Source: Planctomycetota bacterium (GTDB lineage: Bacteria; Planctomycetota; UBA8108; SXIK01). Taken from it: a DNA stretch of 64,000 nt. The stretch is taken from NCBI GenBank assembly GCA_965223845.1, contig CBDCXR010000004.1, positions 7,456,001-7,520,000 on the forward strand, written 5' to 3'. A program made the translations under genes and the position numbers. This document shows positions 56,804-64,000 of this stretch, in pieces. Below the pieces are notes generated by a model. The model worked only from the letters and a program-made list of their open reading frames with translations, ran no database searches and was not told where the DNA came from. The stretch's first letter is position 1. Each line of letters starts with the position of its first letter.

Positions 56804-57661
56804 GTGACGATGGACCAGGCAGAGAATCTCAGGAATCTGGTGAGGGGCACCGAGAGCCGGGCGCGCTTCCTCGCCGTCACCAGCGGAAAAGGGGGGGTCG
56901 GGAAGACCAATCTCGCCGTCAACCTGGGCGCGGCGATGAGCCGTCTCGGGAAGAAGGTGATCCTCGTCGACGTCGACATCGGCCTCGCGAACGCGGACGT
57001 GATGTTATCGGTCGCTCCGCGGCTCAATCTCGGCCACGTCCTCGCGGGCGAGGTCTCGGTGCTCGAGGTGCTGACGCCGACGCCGAGCGGGGTCCTTCTC
57101 CTCCCCGGATGCGTGGGAATGCGGCACGTTTCCGATCTCGACGATCACGAGCGCGAGTTCCTCGTGCGCGGCTTTCAAGAGCTGGAGGCCTACGCCGACA
57201 TCGTCCTCATCGACACCGGCGCAGGAATTTCTCGGAATGTCGTTCAGTTTGCGTCCGCATGTGACGAGATCTTGATAGTGACGATGCCGGAACCTACCGC
57301 GATGACGGACGGTTACGCCGTGATCAAGGCGGTCGCCCGCGAAAAGGGTCGCGGGAAGATCCGGCTCATCGTCAACCAGTGCCGCGATCGAGCCGACGCC
57401 CGCCGCGTGAGCGAGCGGATCCGTATGGTCTCGAAGCGGTTTCTCGGCATCGAGGTCGAGGATCTCGGCTACGTGGTGACGGATGAGATCGTTGGACAGT
57501 CCGTGCGGGAGAGACGTCCATTCGTGCTCGAGTACCCGCGGAGTCCCGTGACGCGCTGCGTATGGGAGATCGCCGGACGCTTGGTCGCGCCCGAGAACGC
57601 GCCCGCGAGCGGTGGGGTGTTCCGCCGTTTCGCCCGCGCGCTCACGAGTGTGCTCGGTTGA
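56804..57661 (+). CDS. flhG: MinD-like ATPase FlhG/FleN
   Basis: MDQAENLR, VTSGKGGVGKTN, DVDIGLAN, IDTGAG, PEPTAMTDGY. Confidence 0.95.
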   Translation: MTMDQAENLRNLVRGTESRARFLAVTSGKGGVGKTNLAVNLGAAMSRLGKKVILVDVDIGLANADVMLSVAPRLNLGHVLAGEVSVLEVLTPTPSGVLLLPGCVGMRHVSDLDDHEREFLVRGFQELEAYADIVLIDTGAGISRNVVQFASACDEILIVTMPEPTAMTDGYAVIKAVAREKGRGKIRLIVNQCRDRADARRVSERIRMVSKRFLGIEVEDLGYVVTDEIVGQSVRERRPFVLEYPRSPVTRCVWEIAGRLVAPENAPASGGVFRRFARALTSVLG

Positions 57662-57718
57662 CCGAATCGCGGATCCGATTCGATCCGTTCGGGGGAAGAG
57701 AAGATTCCAGCGAAGAGA

Positions 57719-58738
57719 ATGAGGGGAGGTACTCCGGTGAGCGGAGTCCGAGGAACCAAAGCAGGACGGTCATCCGGGAGCCAGACGGCGACTGCCACCA
57801 AGCGATCGCGGCTGGAATCGGGCGGAGAGACGTCGGCGACGACGACACTCCCGCGAAAGTCTCGACTCTCGTCTACGCGAGGCGGAGTGGCGACGCGCAG
57901 CAGTGGGAAGAGCGAGGCCGCGGCGGAGACGACCACCGCGACGAAGAGAACGCGAAAGCGCAAGATCGCCGGAGATCCGAGCGAGATCGAAGCCGTTTGG
58001 AAAGAGTTCAAGAAGACGGGCGACCAGCGGCTCCGCAATCTGCTCATCGAGCGGTACCTGCCGCTCGTCAAGTACATCGCTGAACGCCTTCTCGCAAAGC
58101 TCCCGCAGAACATCGAGCTCGACGATCTGACGAGCGCGGGGATCTTCGGGCTGATGGACGCCGTCAAGGGCTACGACCTCAGCCGCGGCGTAAAGTTCGA
58201 AACCTACTGCACGACTCGCATTCGCGGCGCGATCCTCGACGAGCTGCGCTCGCTCGACTGGGTCCCGCGGATCGTTCGGAACAAGGCGAACCGCATCGAG
58301 AACACCTGGAAGACGCTCGAGATGGAGCTCGGGCGCTCGCCGACGGACATGGAGATGGCCCGCCATCTCGAAATGACGCCCGAGGAGTACCAGGACATGA
58401 TCCGCGAGGCGAGTGCGATCACGATCGTGAGCCTCACGGACAAGACGAAGGACGATCAGGGCTCGAAGAGCCTGCGAAAGATCGATGTCCTCGAGGACAA
58501 GAAGGGAATCGACCCCGAGTACGAGCTGAAGCGGAAGGAAATCACGGACTTCATCACCCGCGGTCTCAGTCGGAAGGAGCGCCTCATCCTCCTTCTCTAC
58601 TACTACGAAGACCTCACGATGCGGGAGATCGGCGCGACGCTCAGTCTCTCGGAGTCGCGCGTCTGTCAGCTTCACTCGCGCATCATCTTCCGGCTGAAGA
58701 ATCAGCTGAAGAAGTACCAGTCGGAGCTGCTGAGCTAG
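57719..58738 (+). CDS. fliA: RNA polymerase sigma-28 (FliA/WhiG family) with long N-terminal extension
   Basis: DDL..AG..GL.DA, GVKFETY...RIRGAILDELRSLDWVPR, LYYYEDLTMREIG..L.LSESRVCQLH. Confidence 0.96.
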   Translation: MRGGTPVSGVRGTKAGRSSGSQTATATKRSRLESGGETSATTTLPRKSRLSSTRGGVATRSSGKSEAAAETTTATKRTRKRKIAGDPSEIEAVWKEFKKTGDQRLRNLLIERYLPLVKYIAERLLAKLPQNIELDDLTSAGIFGLMDAVKGYDLSRGVKFETYCTTRIRGAILDELRSLDWVPRIVRNKANRIENTWKTLEMELGRSPTDMEMARHLEMTPEEYQDMIREASAITIVSLTDKTKDDQGSKSLRKIDVLEDKKGIDPEYELKRKEITDFITRGLSRKERLILLLYYYEDLTMREIGATLSLSESRVCQLHSRIIFRLKNQLKKYQSELLS

Positions 58739-58817
58739 CGAGAGCCTCTCCGACCGCCGGGTTCTCCGCATCGTCTCGGATCCCGTTCCCGACGAGGCCG
58801 AACGAACGCGTAGAACG

Positions 58818-60194
58818 CTAGCCCGCGTCCCCGTCCGGCCGCGCCCGCCCGTCGCCGCGCCCGCCTGAGTCGAAATCGCGCATGACGCGCCGGTGCACTT
58901 CCTTGAGGGGCAGTCCCGACGCCGAAGCCACGCGCCGGAGATCGTCGTGTTCCGGCGCGGCGGAGACGCGCTTCGGGCCGAGGCGACCGATCTTGACGCG
59001 CACCGGACCCCACTCGGTGTCCACCGAGTGGAATTCGCGCTCGAGGGTGACTCGGTCGACCTCGCGCCGCCTCACCCCGAACGTCGTGCTCTCGGCGAAG
59101 AGGACCCGGAGCGCGTCCGCCTCGAGCCGCGGCGGGACGAGGACGCTCACCTCCTGCGCGGCGCGGCCCTTCTTCATGACGATCGGAGTGAGCCAGACGT
59201 CGAGCGCTCCCGCGCCGAACAGCCGTTCGGCGAGATGCGACGTCCACTCGGCACTCATGTCGTCGATGTTCGTCTCGAGAAGAAGGACACGGTCCCCGCC
59301 GGACGTCGCGTCCTCGCGTTCGCCGACGATGACCCGGAGAAGGTTCGGGACCGGGCCGGGCCGGTCGTCGCCCGCGCCGTAGCCGACTGCGCGCACGGTC
59401 AGCGGCGGCATCGTGCCGAATTCGGCGGCGAGGGTCGTGAGGAGCGCGGCACCCGTAGGTGTCGTCAGCTCGGCCCGCGAGTCCCGGTGCTCGATCGGAA
59501 AGCCCTCGAGGAGCGCGATCGTCGCCGGCGCGGGGAGCGGCATCTTCCCGTGGTCACCCCGGACAAATCCCGTTCCGACCGTGATCGGCGCGCACCGAAC
59601 TTCCTCGATCTCGAGGAGGTGGAGACCGAGACAGCCGCCGACGATGTCGACGATCGAATCGACGGCGCCCACCTCGTGGAAGTGAACTTGATCGACCGGA
59701 ATCCCGTGCGCGCGCGATTCCGCCTCGCCGAGACGGCGAAAGACGCGCGACGCGTCGTTCTTCACGCGCTCGGGAAGCCGACTCGCGCCGATGAGGGCGA
59801 GGATTTCGGTGAGGCCGCGCTGGACGCCGCCGCCGGCGTGGTCGTGGTCGTGGTGGTGCGAGTGCGTGTGAGAATGACCGTGCGCGTGGTCGTGAGCATG
59901 AGCGTGGGAGTGCGAGTGATCGTGCGCCGGTTCCACCGGATGTCCGCCGATCTCACGCGTATCGGACTCGGGCTCGGAGGCTAGGGCGACGTTAGCGTCC
60001 GCGAGATCGACGTACACCCGCGTCGCGGCGAACGCTCCGCGGAAGACGGGCTCCGTTCGCAGCGACCAGCCGGGAAGCCCGAGGCTCGAGAGGCCGTCCT
60101 CGAGCCGGTCGAGCGGGAGCCCGGCGTCGACGAGCGCGCCGAGCAGCATGTCCCCGCTCGCGCCGGAGAACGGTTGAAAGTAGGCGATGCGCAT
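58818..60194 (-). CDS. larC: Nickel pincer cofactor biosynthesis protein LarC
   Basis: SGASGDMLLGALVD, His-rich insert, HFHEVGAVDSIVD, PAPAT, ELTTPTGAA, ETNIDD, MKKGR, TTFGVR, PE.DD. Confidence 0.94.
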   Translation of the reverse strand: MRIAYFQPFSGASGDMLLGALVDAGLPLDRLEDGLSSLGLPGWSLRTEPVFRGAFAATRVYVDLADANVALASEPESDTREIGGHPVEPAHDHSHSHAHAHDHAHGHSHTHSHHHDHDHAGGGVQRGLTEILALIGASRLPERVKNDASRVFRRLGEAESRAHGIPVDQVHFHEVGAVDSIVDIVGGCLGLHLLEIEEVRCAPITVGTGFVRGDHGKMPLPAPATIALLEGFPIEHRDSRAELTTPTGAALLTTLAAEFGTMPPLTVRAVGYGAGDDRPGPVPNLLRVIVGEREDATSGGDRVLLLETNIDDMSAEWTSHLAERLFGAGALDVWLTPIVMKKGRAAQEVSVLVPPRLEADALRVLFAESTTFGVRRREVDRVTLEREFHSVDTEWGPVRVKIGRLGPKRVSAAPEHDDLRRVASASGLPLKEVHRRVMRDFDSGGRGDGRARPDGDAG

Positions 60195-60382
60195 TCTCCG
60201 CTCTTTCATCGTCCAGCGAAAGTCAGCCAGTATAGCGCGCCCGGGGCTTCGATCCGCGCCCGGCCAGCCGGTAGTTTCGGTTTGAGGGAGTTGTCCGGGG
60301 CGGTGTGAAGGGAGCCGCGCGAACTCTGACCGCACTCCGGGGCGAGGCCGGATCGGATCGCTCAACCGCGATTCCCCGCGGC

Positions 60383-60412
60383 TTGACACCCTCTTCGAGC
60401 GAGCCGTATAAT
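60383..60412 (+). promoter_or_regulatory. Consensus sigma-70 promoter
   Basis: TTGACA-N18-TATAAT, perfect hexamers in GC-rich DNA. Confidence 0.75.
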
Positions 60413-60889
60413 CCACCGTGCCTATTCCGGTAAACTCCCACCCGAGTTTGATTTGATCTCGCCTCGCCGGTTGGGTTTCACCTCCTTTTTGCGCCTGATT
60501 GTCTCTCCATTCGCATGTGAGACGGACGCGTTCGGCGACTGTGTGTCCCGGGCGACCGCCGTCGGCCATTCGATGGACGATCGTCAGACGTCGACGCATC
60601 GTGTCGGTGCATCACGACTAGGCGCACTGGGATGTGGAAGGCGAGATCGCAGCTCCGCGGTTTTCCTCGCCAACGACTCGCAGCGAAGCCTCGATCGTCG
60701 AGATTCTCGTCGCGCTGCTCTCCTCCGAACGAATCGCCGCCGAGCCGCAAATGCTTTCCGTAAGACATAAGTAGAGAGAAGCGAACGATTTGGCCTCGGG
60801 CCGGCGGCGGGCGCGCCGCCCCCGAAGCTGAGCCTTTGCGCGGCGGCCACCGTGTCGCCCGCCGGATCGCCAGAAAGGGTTTTGAGGTC

Positions 60890-63361
60890 ATGGCAATGGT
60901 CAGCCGATCCACCGTCGCACGGCGCCTTCTCGTCGCGTGCTGCATCCTGTTCGCCGTGGAGTCCGCTTCCGCGAACGTCCGCGAGACTCTCGCGGATGCG
61001 TATCGCAAGTACCAAGAGGGTGACGTCTCCGGCGCGATCGCCGGGTTCGAGGACGCCTTCCGACAGGATCCGTCGAACGACGTCGTCTACAGCTTCGTGC
61101 AGGAGGTCTCCTACGCTGGCCTTCTGCGCATGGTGCGATCGGATGACAAGCGCCTCTCCGGCGCGGCGCTGAAGCTTCTCAGCAAGGTCAAGGAAGTTCA
61201 GACGCAGAAGTCGAGCTCGGTCGACGACATGCAGGCGGCGATCGACGAAGTCTTCCGGACGACCGATCGCACCGAGCGGCTCGTTCTGACCGGGAACGCC
61301 GCTCGTACTTACCGCCGGAACCTCGTACCGCTCCTCATTCCGTACCTCGCGGATCCGGACCTCGAGCGGCGCTCGACGGCGATCAACTGGATCGGTCACA
61401 CGATCGGGGTCGATGCGCTCCCGGTCCTTCACGCGGCGCGGCAGCATCCGGATGAAACCGTTCGAACGAACGTCGCGAAGCTCCTCGGCGCCGGTCCGCT
61501 CCGCGATCGATCCTCTCTCGCCACTCTGAAGGCGATGGCGGAAGCCGATGCGAGCGCGAACGTCCGCGCCGCCGCGGATCGAGCGTTCGAGTCCGTTCAC
61601 GCCGACCGCGCGAGCGGCGCTCCGGTTCGCTCGGCGAAGCAGTACTTTCTTCAGAACGCTTACGGCTACTATCTGCGCCCCCACAAGAACATCTTCGATC
61701 GCGGCTACTACGAGCCGACGGTCTACCGTCTCGAGGGTGACCGGGTCGTGAGCGAGACGGTCGCGCGCTTCCAGGTCAGCGAACGGATGGCGCAAGCGGA
61801 TCTCGAAGCGGCGATCGAGCTCGATTCCGGTTACGCGCCCGCGTACGTCCTCGGCGTCTGCAACGATGCCGCGCAGGTCGTCGAGTACGACCAGAACGTC
61901 GCCTTCTACCGCGAGCGCGGGGACGATGCGATGCAGGCCCTGCTCGCGTCGCAGGCGGGCTACGTCGACTCCGTGCTGCGCCTCCGACTCGTTCAGGCGA
62001 CTTCGGCGGAGCTCTACCGCGCGCTCGGTCAGGCGCTCGACGACAAGCGCTCGGAAGTCGCGGTGAAGGTCATCCAGACGATTCGCGAGACGCGGCGGCC
62101 CGGCGACGTGCCGGACGTCCTTCTCGACGCACTCGAGGATCCGAACTCGCGGCTCGTCCGCATCGCGGCGGCAGTGGCGATCTCCGAACGAAACCCCGGG
62201 GACGAATTCACGGCGGGCGACAACGTCGCGAGCGTTCTCGCCGAGGCGGCGCTTTCGAGCGGAGTCCGGGTGGTGCAGCGAGTGATCGGCGACCGTCAAA
62301 CCGCGAATCGCTTCGCCGAGCTCCTCCGCGGACTCAACATGGAGAGCTACTCGCCGCTGAAGACGATCGAAGCGGCCTACTCGTCGATCGTCGAGTCGCC
62401 GCCGGACGCGATCCTGATCGACGAGAACGTCAGCATCGAGCAGCGGCCGGCGAGCACCGCACCGATCAATCACTTCGTCAGTCAGCTCCGCAAGAACTAT
62501 CGGACGGCGAACGTCCCGGTTGTGGTCGTCGTCCCCTCGACCCGTCTCCGAGCGGCGGAGGAGCTCTACGCGAGCGACGAGCGGAAAGTGCTCGTGATCT
62601 CCGACAGCATCGACGGCCTCGGGCTCAAGAACCAGGTGTTCGATCCCCTCTTCGCCGGGGCGGACGACGCGAAGACCCAGGCGACCGCCCTGGCGGCGGG
62701 TGCGGCGGAGGCGCTGGCGTCGCTCGCGGAGCGATCGTGCGGTATCGACGTATCGGGAACCGGGAGCCTTCTCGTCCGCGTCCTCGAGAATCGTCCGGAT
62801 TCCGTTCGTCTCCCGAGCATTCGCGCGCTCGGCTTGATCGGCGAGCGTGCTGCCGCCGGTCCTCTCGCGACGACGTTTCAGAACGCCGACAACGCCGACG
62901 AGATCCGCGCCGCTGCGATGACCGCGATCGGCGATATTCTTCACCGCGGCGGTGCTGCGAGCGACGCTCTCCTCAGCGTGATCGAGGAAGGGATGGCTTC
63001 CGACAACCTGACTCTGCGGCGGCCTTCGTGGTACGCGTTCTCCGGCGCACAGGCACCGGGCGAGTCACGCCTCGCCGCTCTGCGAGCGAACCCAGCCGCC
63101 GCGGCCGAAGGTGGGGATGCAGCGCCCGTGAGCGGGGATGATGATGACGACGCGGGTCTCGACGACGACGATGACGACGACATGGGTCTCGACGATGATG
63201 ACGACGATGACCTGAGTCTCGATGACGACGACGACGATGACCTGAGTCTCGATGACGATGACGACGACGATCTGGGTCTCGACGACGATGACGACGACGG
63301 TCTCGATCTCGACGATGACGATGACGACGGTCTCGATTTCGACGACGACGACGATTTCTAA
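60890..63361 (+). CDS. HEAT-repeat protein with receiver-like domain, N-terminal signal/anchor and Asp-rich tail
   Basis: LLVACCILFAVESASA; HEAT motifs (L.DPD..RR..A, VR..AA.AL); receiver-like PPDAILID...LRKNYRTANVPVVVV. Confidence 0.8.
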   Translation: MAMVSRSTVARRLLVACCILFAVESASANVRETLADAYRKYQEGDVSGAIAGFEDAFRQDPSNDVVYSFVQEVSYAGLLRMVRSDDKRLSGAALKLLSKVKEVQTQKSSSVDDMQAAIDEVFRTTDRTERLVLTGNAARTYRRNLVPLLIPYLADPDLERRSTAINWIGHTIGVDALPVLHAARQHPDETVRTNVAKLLGAGPLRDRSSLATLKAMAEADASANVRAAADRAFESVHADRASGAPVRSAKQYFLQNAYGYYLRPHKNIFDRGYYEPTVYRLEGDRVVSETVARFQVSERMAQADLEAAIELDSGYAPAYVLGVCNDAAQVVEYDQNVAFYRERGDDAMQALLASQAGYVDSVLRLRLVQATSAELYRALGQALDDKRSEVAVKVIQTIRETRRPGDVPDVLLDALEDPNSRLVRIAAAVAISERNPGDEFTAGDNVASVLAEAALSSGVRVVQRVIGDRQTANRFAELLRGLNMESYSPLKTIEAAYSSIVESPPDAILIDENVSIEQRPASTAPINHFVSQLRKNYRTANVPVVVVVPSTRLRAAEELYASDERKVLVISDSIDGLGLKNQVFDPLFAGADDAKTQATALAAGAAEALASLAERSCGIDVSGTGSLLVRVLENRPDSVRLPSIRALGLIGERAAAGPLATTFQNADNADEIRAAAMTAIGDILHRGGAASDALLSVIEEGMASDNLTLRRPSWYAFSGAQAPGESRLAALRANPAAAAEGGDAAPVSGDDDDDAGLDDDDDDDMGLDDDDDDDLSLDDDDDDDLSLDDDDDDDLGLDDDDDDGLDLDDDDDDGLDFDDDDDF
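63136..63358 (+). repeat. ~30-bp in-frame tandem repeat encoding (G/S/D)L-D6-7-(L/M/G), about 7 units
   Basis: GLDDDDDDDM GLDDDDDDDL SLDDDDDDDL SLDDDDDDDL GLDDDDDDGL DLDDDDDDGL DFDDDDDF. Confidence 0.9.
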
Positions 63362-63508
63362 TCGAGCGATTCGTTCGATCTGACGCCTGACGGGCCGGCG
63401 AGAATGCGATTCGCGCCGGCCCGTTTGGTGTCGCGACGTCTCGGATCGAGGGGGCGGCTCGGGGCAGAGCGGTCGCGGACCGACGGAGCGGAGGAGATTC
63501 GACTCGAC

Positions 63509-64000
63509 ATGGCCATCCGGACGTCGTGCGCCCACTGCCAGAAGCGGTTTTCGGCTCCGAACGAATACCGCGACAAGAAGGTCGAGTGCCCGAGCTGCGG
63601 GCGTCGCACCGTCGTTCGAGCGAAGGAAGACATCGAGAAAGACGTCGAGGATCGGAAGCGCGAAGAGAAGCTCCTCGCCGCCGACCGCGAGAAGATCGCG
63701 CTCATCGAAACGATCGAGACTCGCGGCGCGAAGCGTCCGGGCCGCCCTTACTTTGAGGCGTTTCAAACCGGCCGATCAGCGGTGCGGAACTACGATCCGC
63801 GCAGCCCGTCGCGACAACCCCGACTTCGAGCCCTCTCCGACTTCGTCGTCCTCGGCGCGTACCTCGAGTTGCTTCTCGTCGCCGTCGGGGTCGGCATGAC
63901 GATCTATCTGTGGATCGGCGGCGTGATCGCGAGCGCGGTCGTCGTCCTCATCGCTCTCGTTGGGTGGCTCATTCTCGGCGGTGCGCTCTACGTATTCTTC
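63509..64000 (+). CDS. Zinc-ribbon membrane protein (runs off the window)
   Basis: Manual translation MAIRTSCAHCQKRFSAPNEYRDKKVECPSCG..., then two TM segments; GGAGGAG upstream. Confidence 0.85.
   Translation, partial: MAIRTSCAHCQKRFSAPNEYRDKKVECPSCGRRTVVRAKEDIEKDVEDRKREEKLLAADREKIALIETIETRGAKRPGRPYFEAFQTGRSAVRNYDPRSPSRQPRLRALSDFVVLGAYLELLLVAVGVGMTIYLWIGGVIASAVVVLIALVGWLILGGALYVFF

Noticed and set aside
44245-58738. Calling the fli operon pseudogenes, or an injectisome
   Set aside because: All frames are open and coupled. fliG, fliO, flhF, flhG and fliA mark flagellar origin, and no secretin, needle or translocon gene is present.
60478-60488. 16S rRNA 3' fragment
   Set aside because: Only the short anti-SD motif matches; the flanks are not rRNA-like.
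60584-62944. Long antisense or alternate-frame ORFs (e.g. 60584-62944, 27416-29518, 54517-56481, 19847-21628, 3902-5533)
   Set aside because: Shadows of real genes in high-GC DNA; Arg/Ala-rich with no motifs.

Overview
High-GC bacterial chromosome window, most likely Planctomycetota. This is inferred from the planctomycete-style RNase HII, MfnB, PPi-PEPCK, zinc-ribbon membrane protein, TPR/peptidase-MA and carboxypeptidase-regulatory repeat proteins. The left part encodes ATP-PFK (partial), selA, PPi-dependent PEP carboxykinase, priA and a methyltransferase-bshC-bshB1-bshA (N-methyl-)bacillithiol operon. The middle holds signalling genes (PilZ, an orphan flgM with a sigma-28 promoter, two Ser/Thr kinases, FHA-GAF-degenerate HD-GYP), then mfnB, lolCD, rnpA-yidD, a dynamin-like GTPase and a MerR regulator. 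The most striking element is a 14-gene, translationally coupled, flagellum-derived operon at ~44.2-58.7 kb (fliF-G-H-I-N-O-P-Q-R-flhB-flhA-flhF-flhG-fliA). It has no rod, hook, motor, fliE, fliJ, fliK or fliM genes, its FliI has lost the catalytic motifs and its FlhB ends just before the NPTH switch. In contrast, the FlhA/FliP gate and FlhF, FlhG and FliA keep their motifs. This looks like a repurposed, polar, probably ATPase-independent type III export gate rather than a flagellum. Two copies of a MITE-like element are also present. No rRNA, tRNA or CRISPR array was seen. All calls come from motif recognition by eye; no searches were run.
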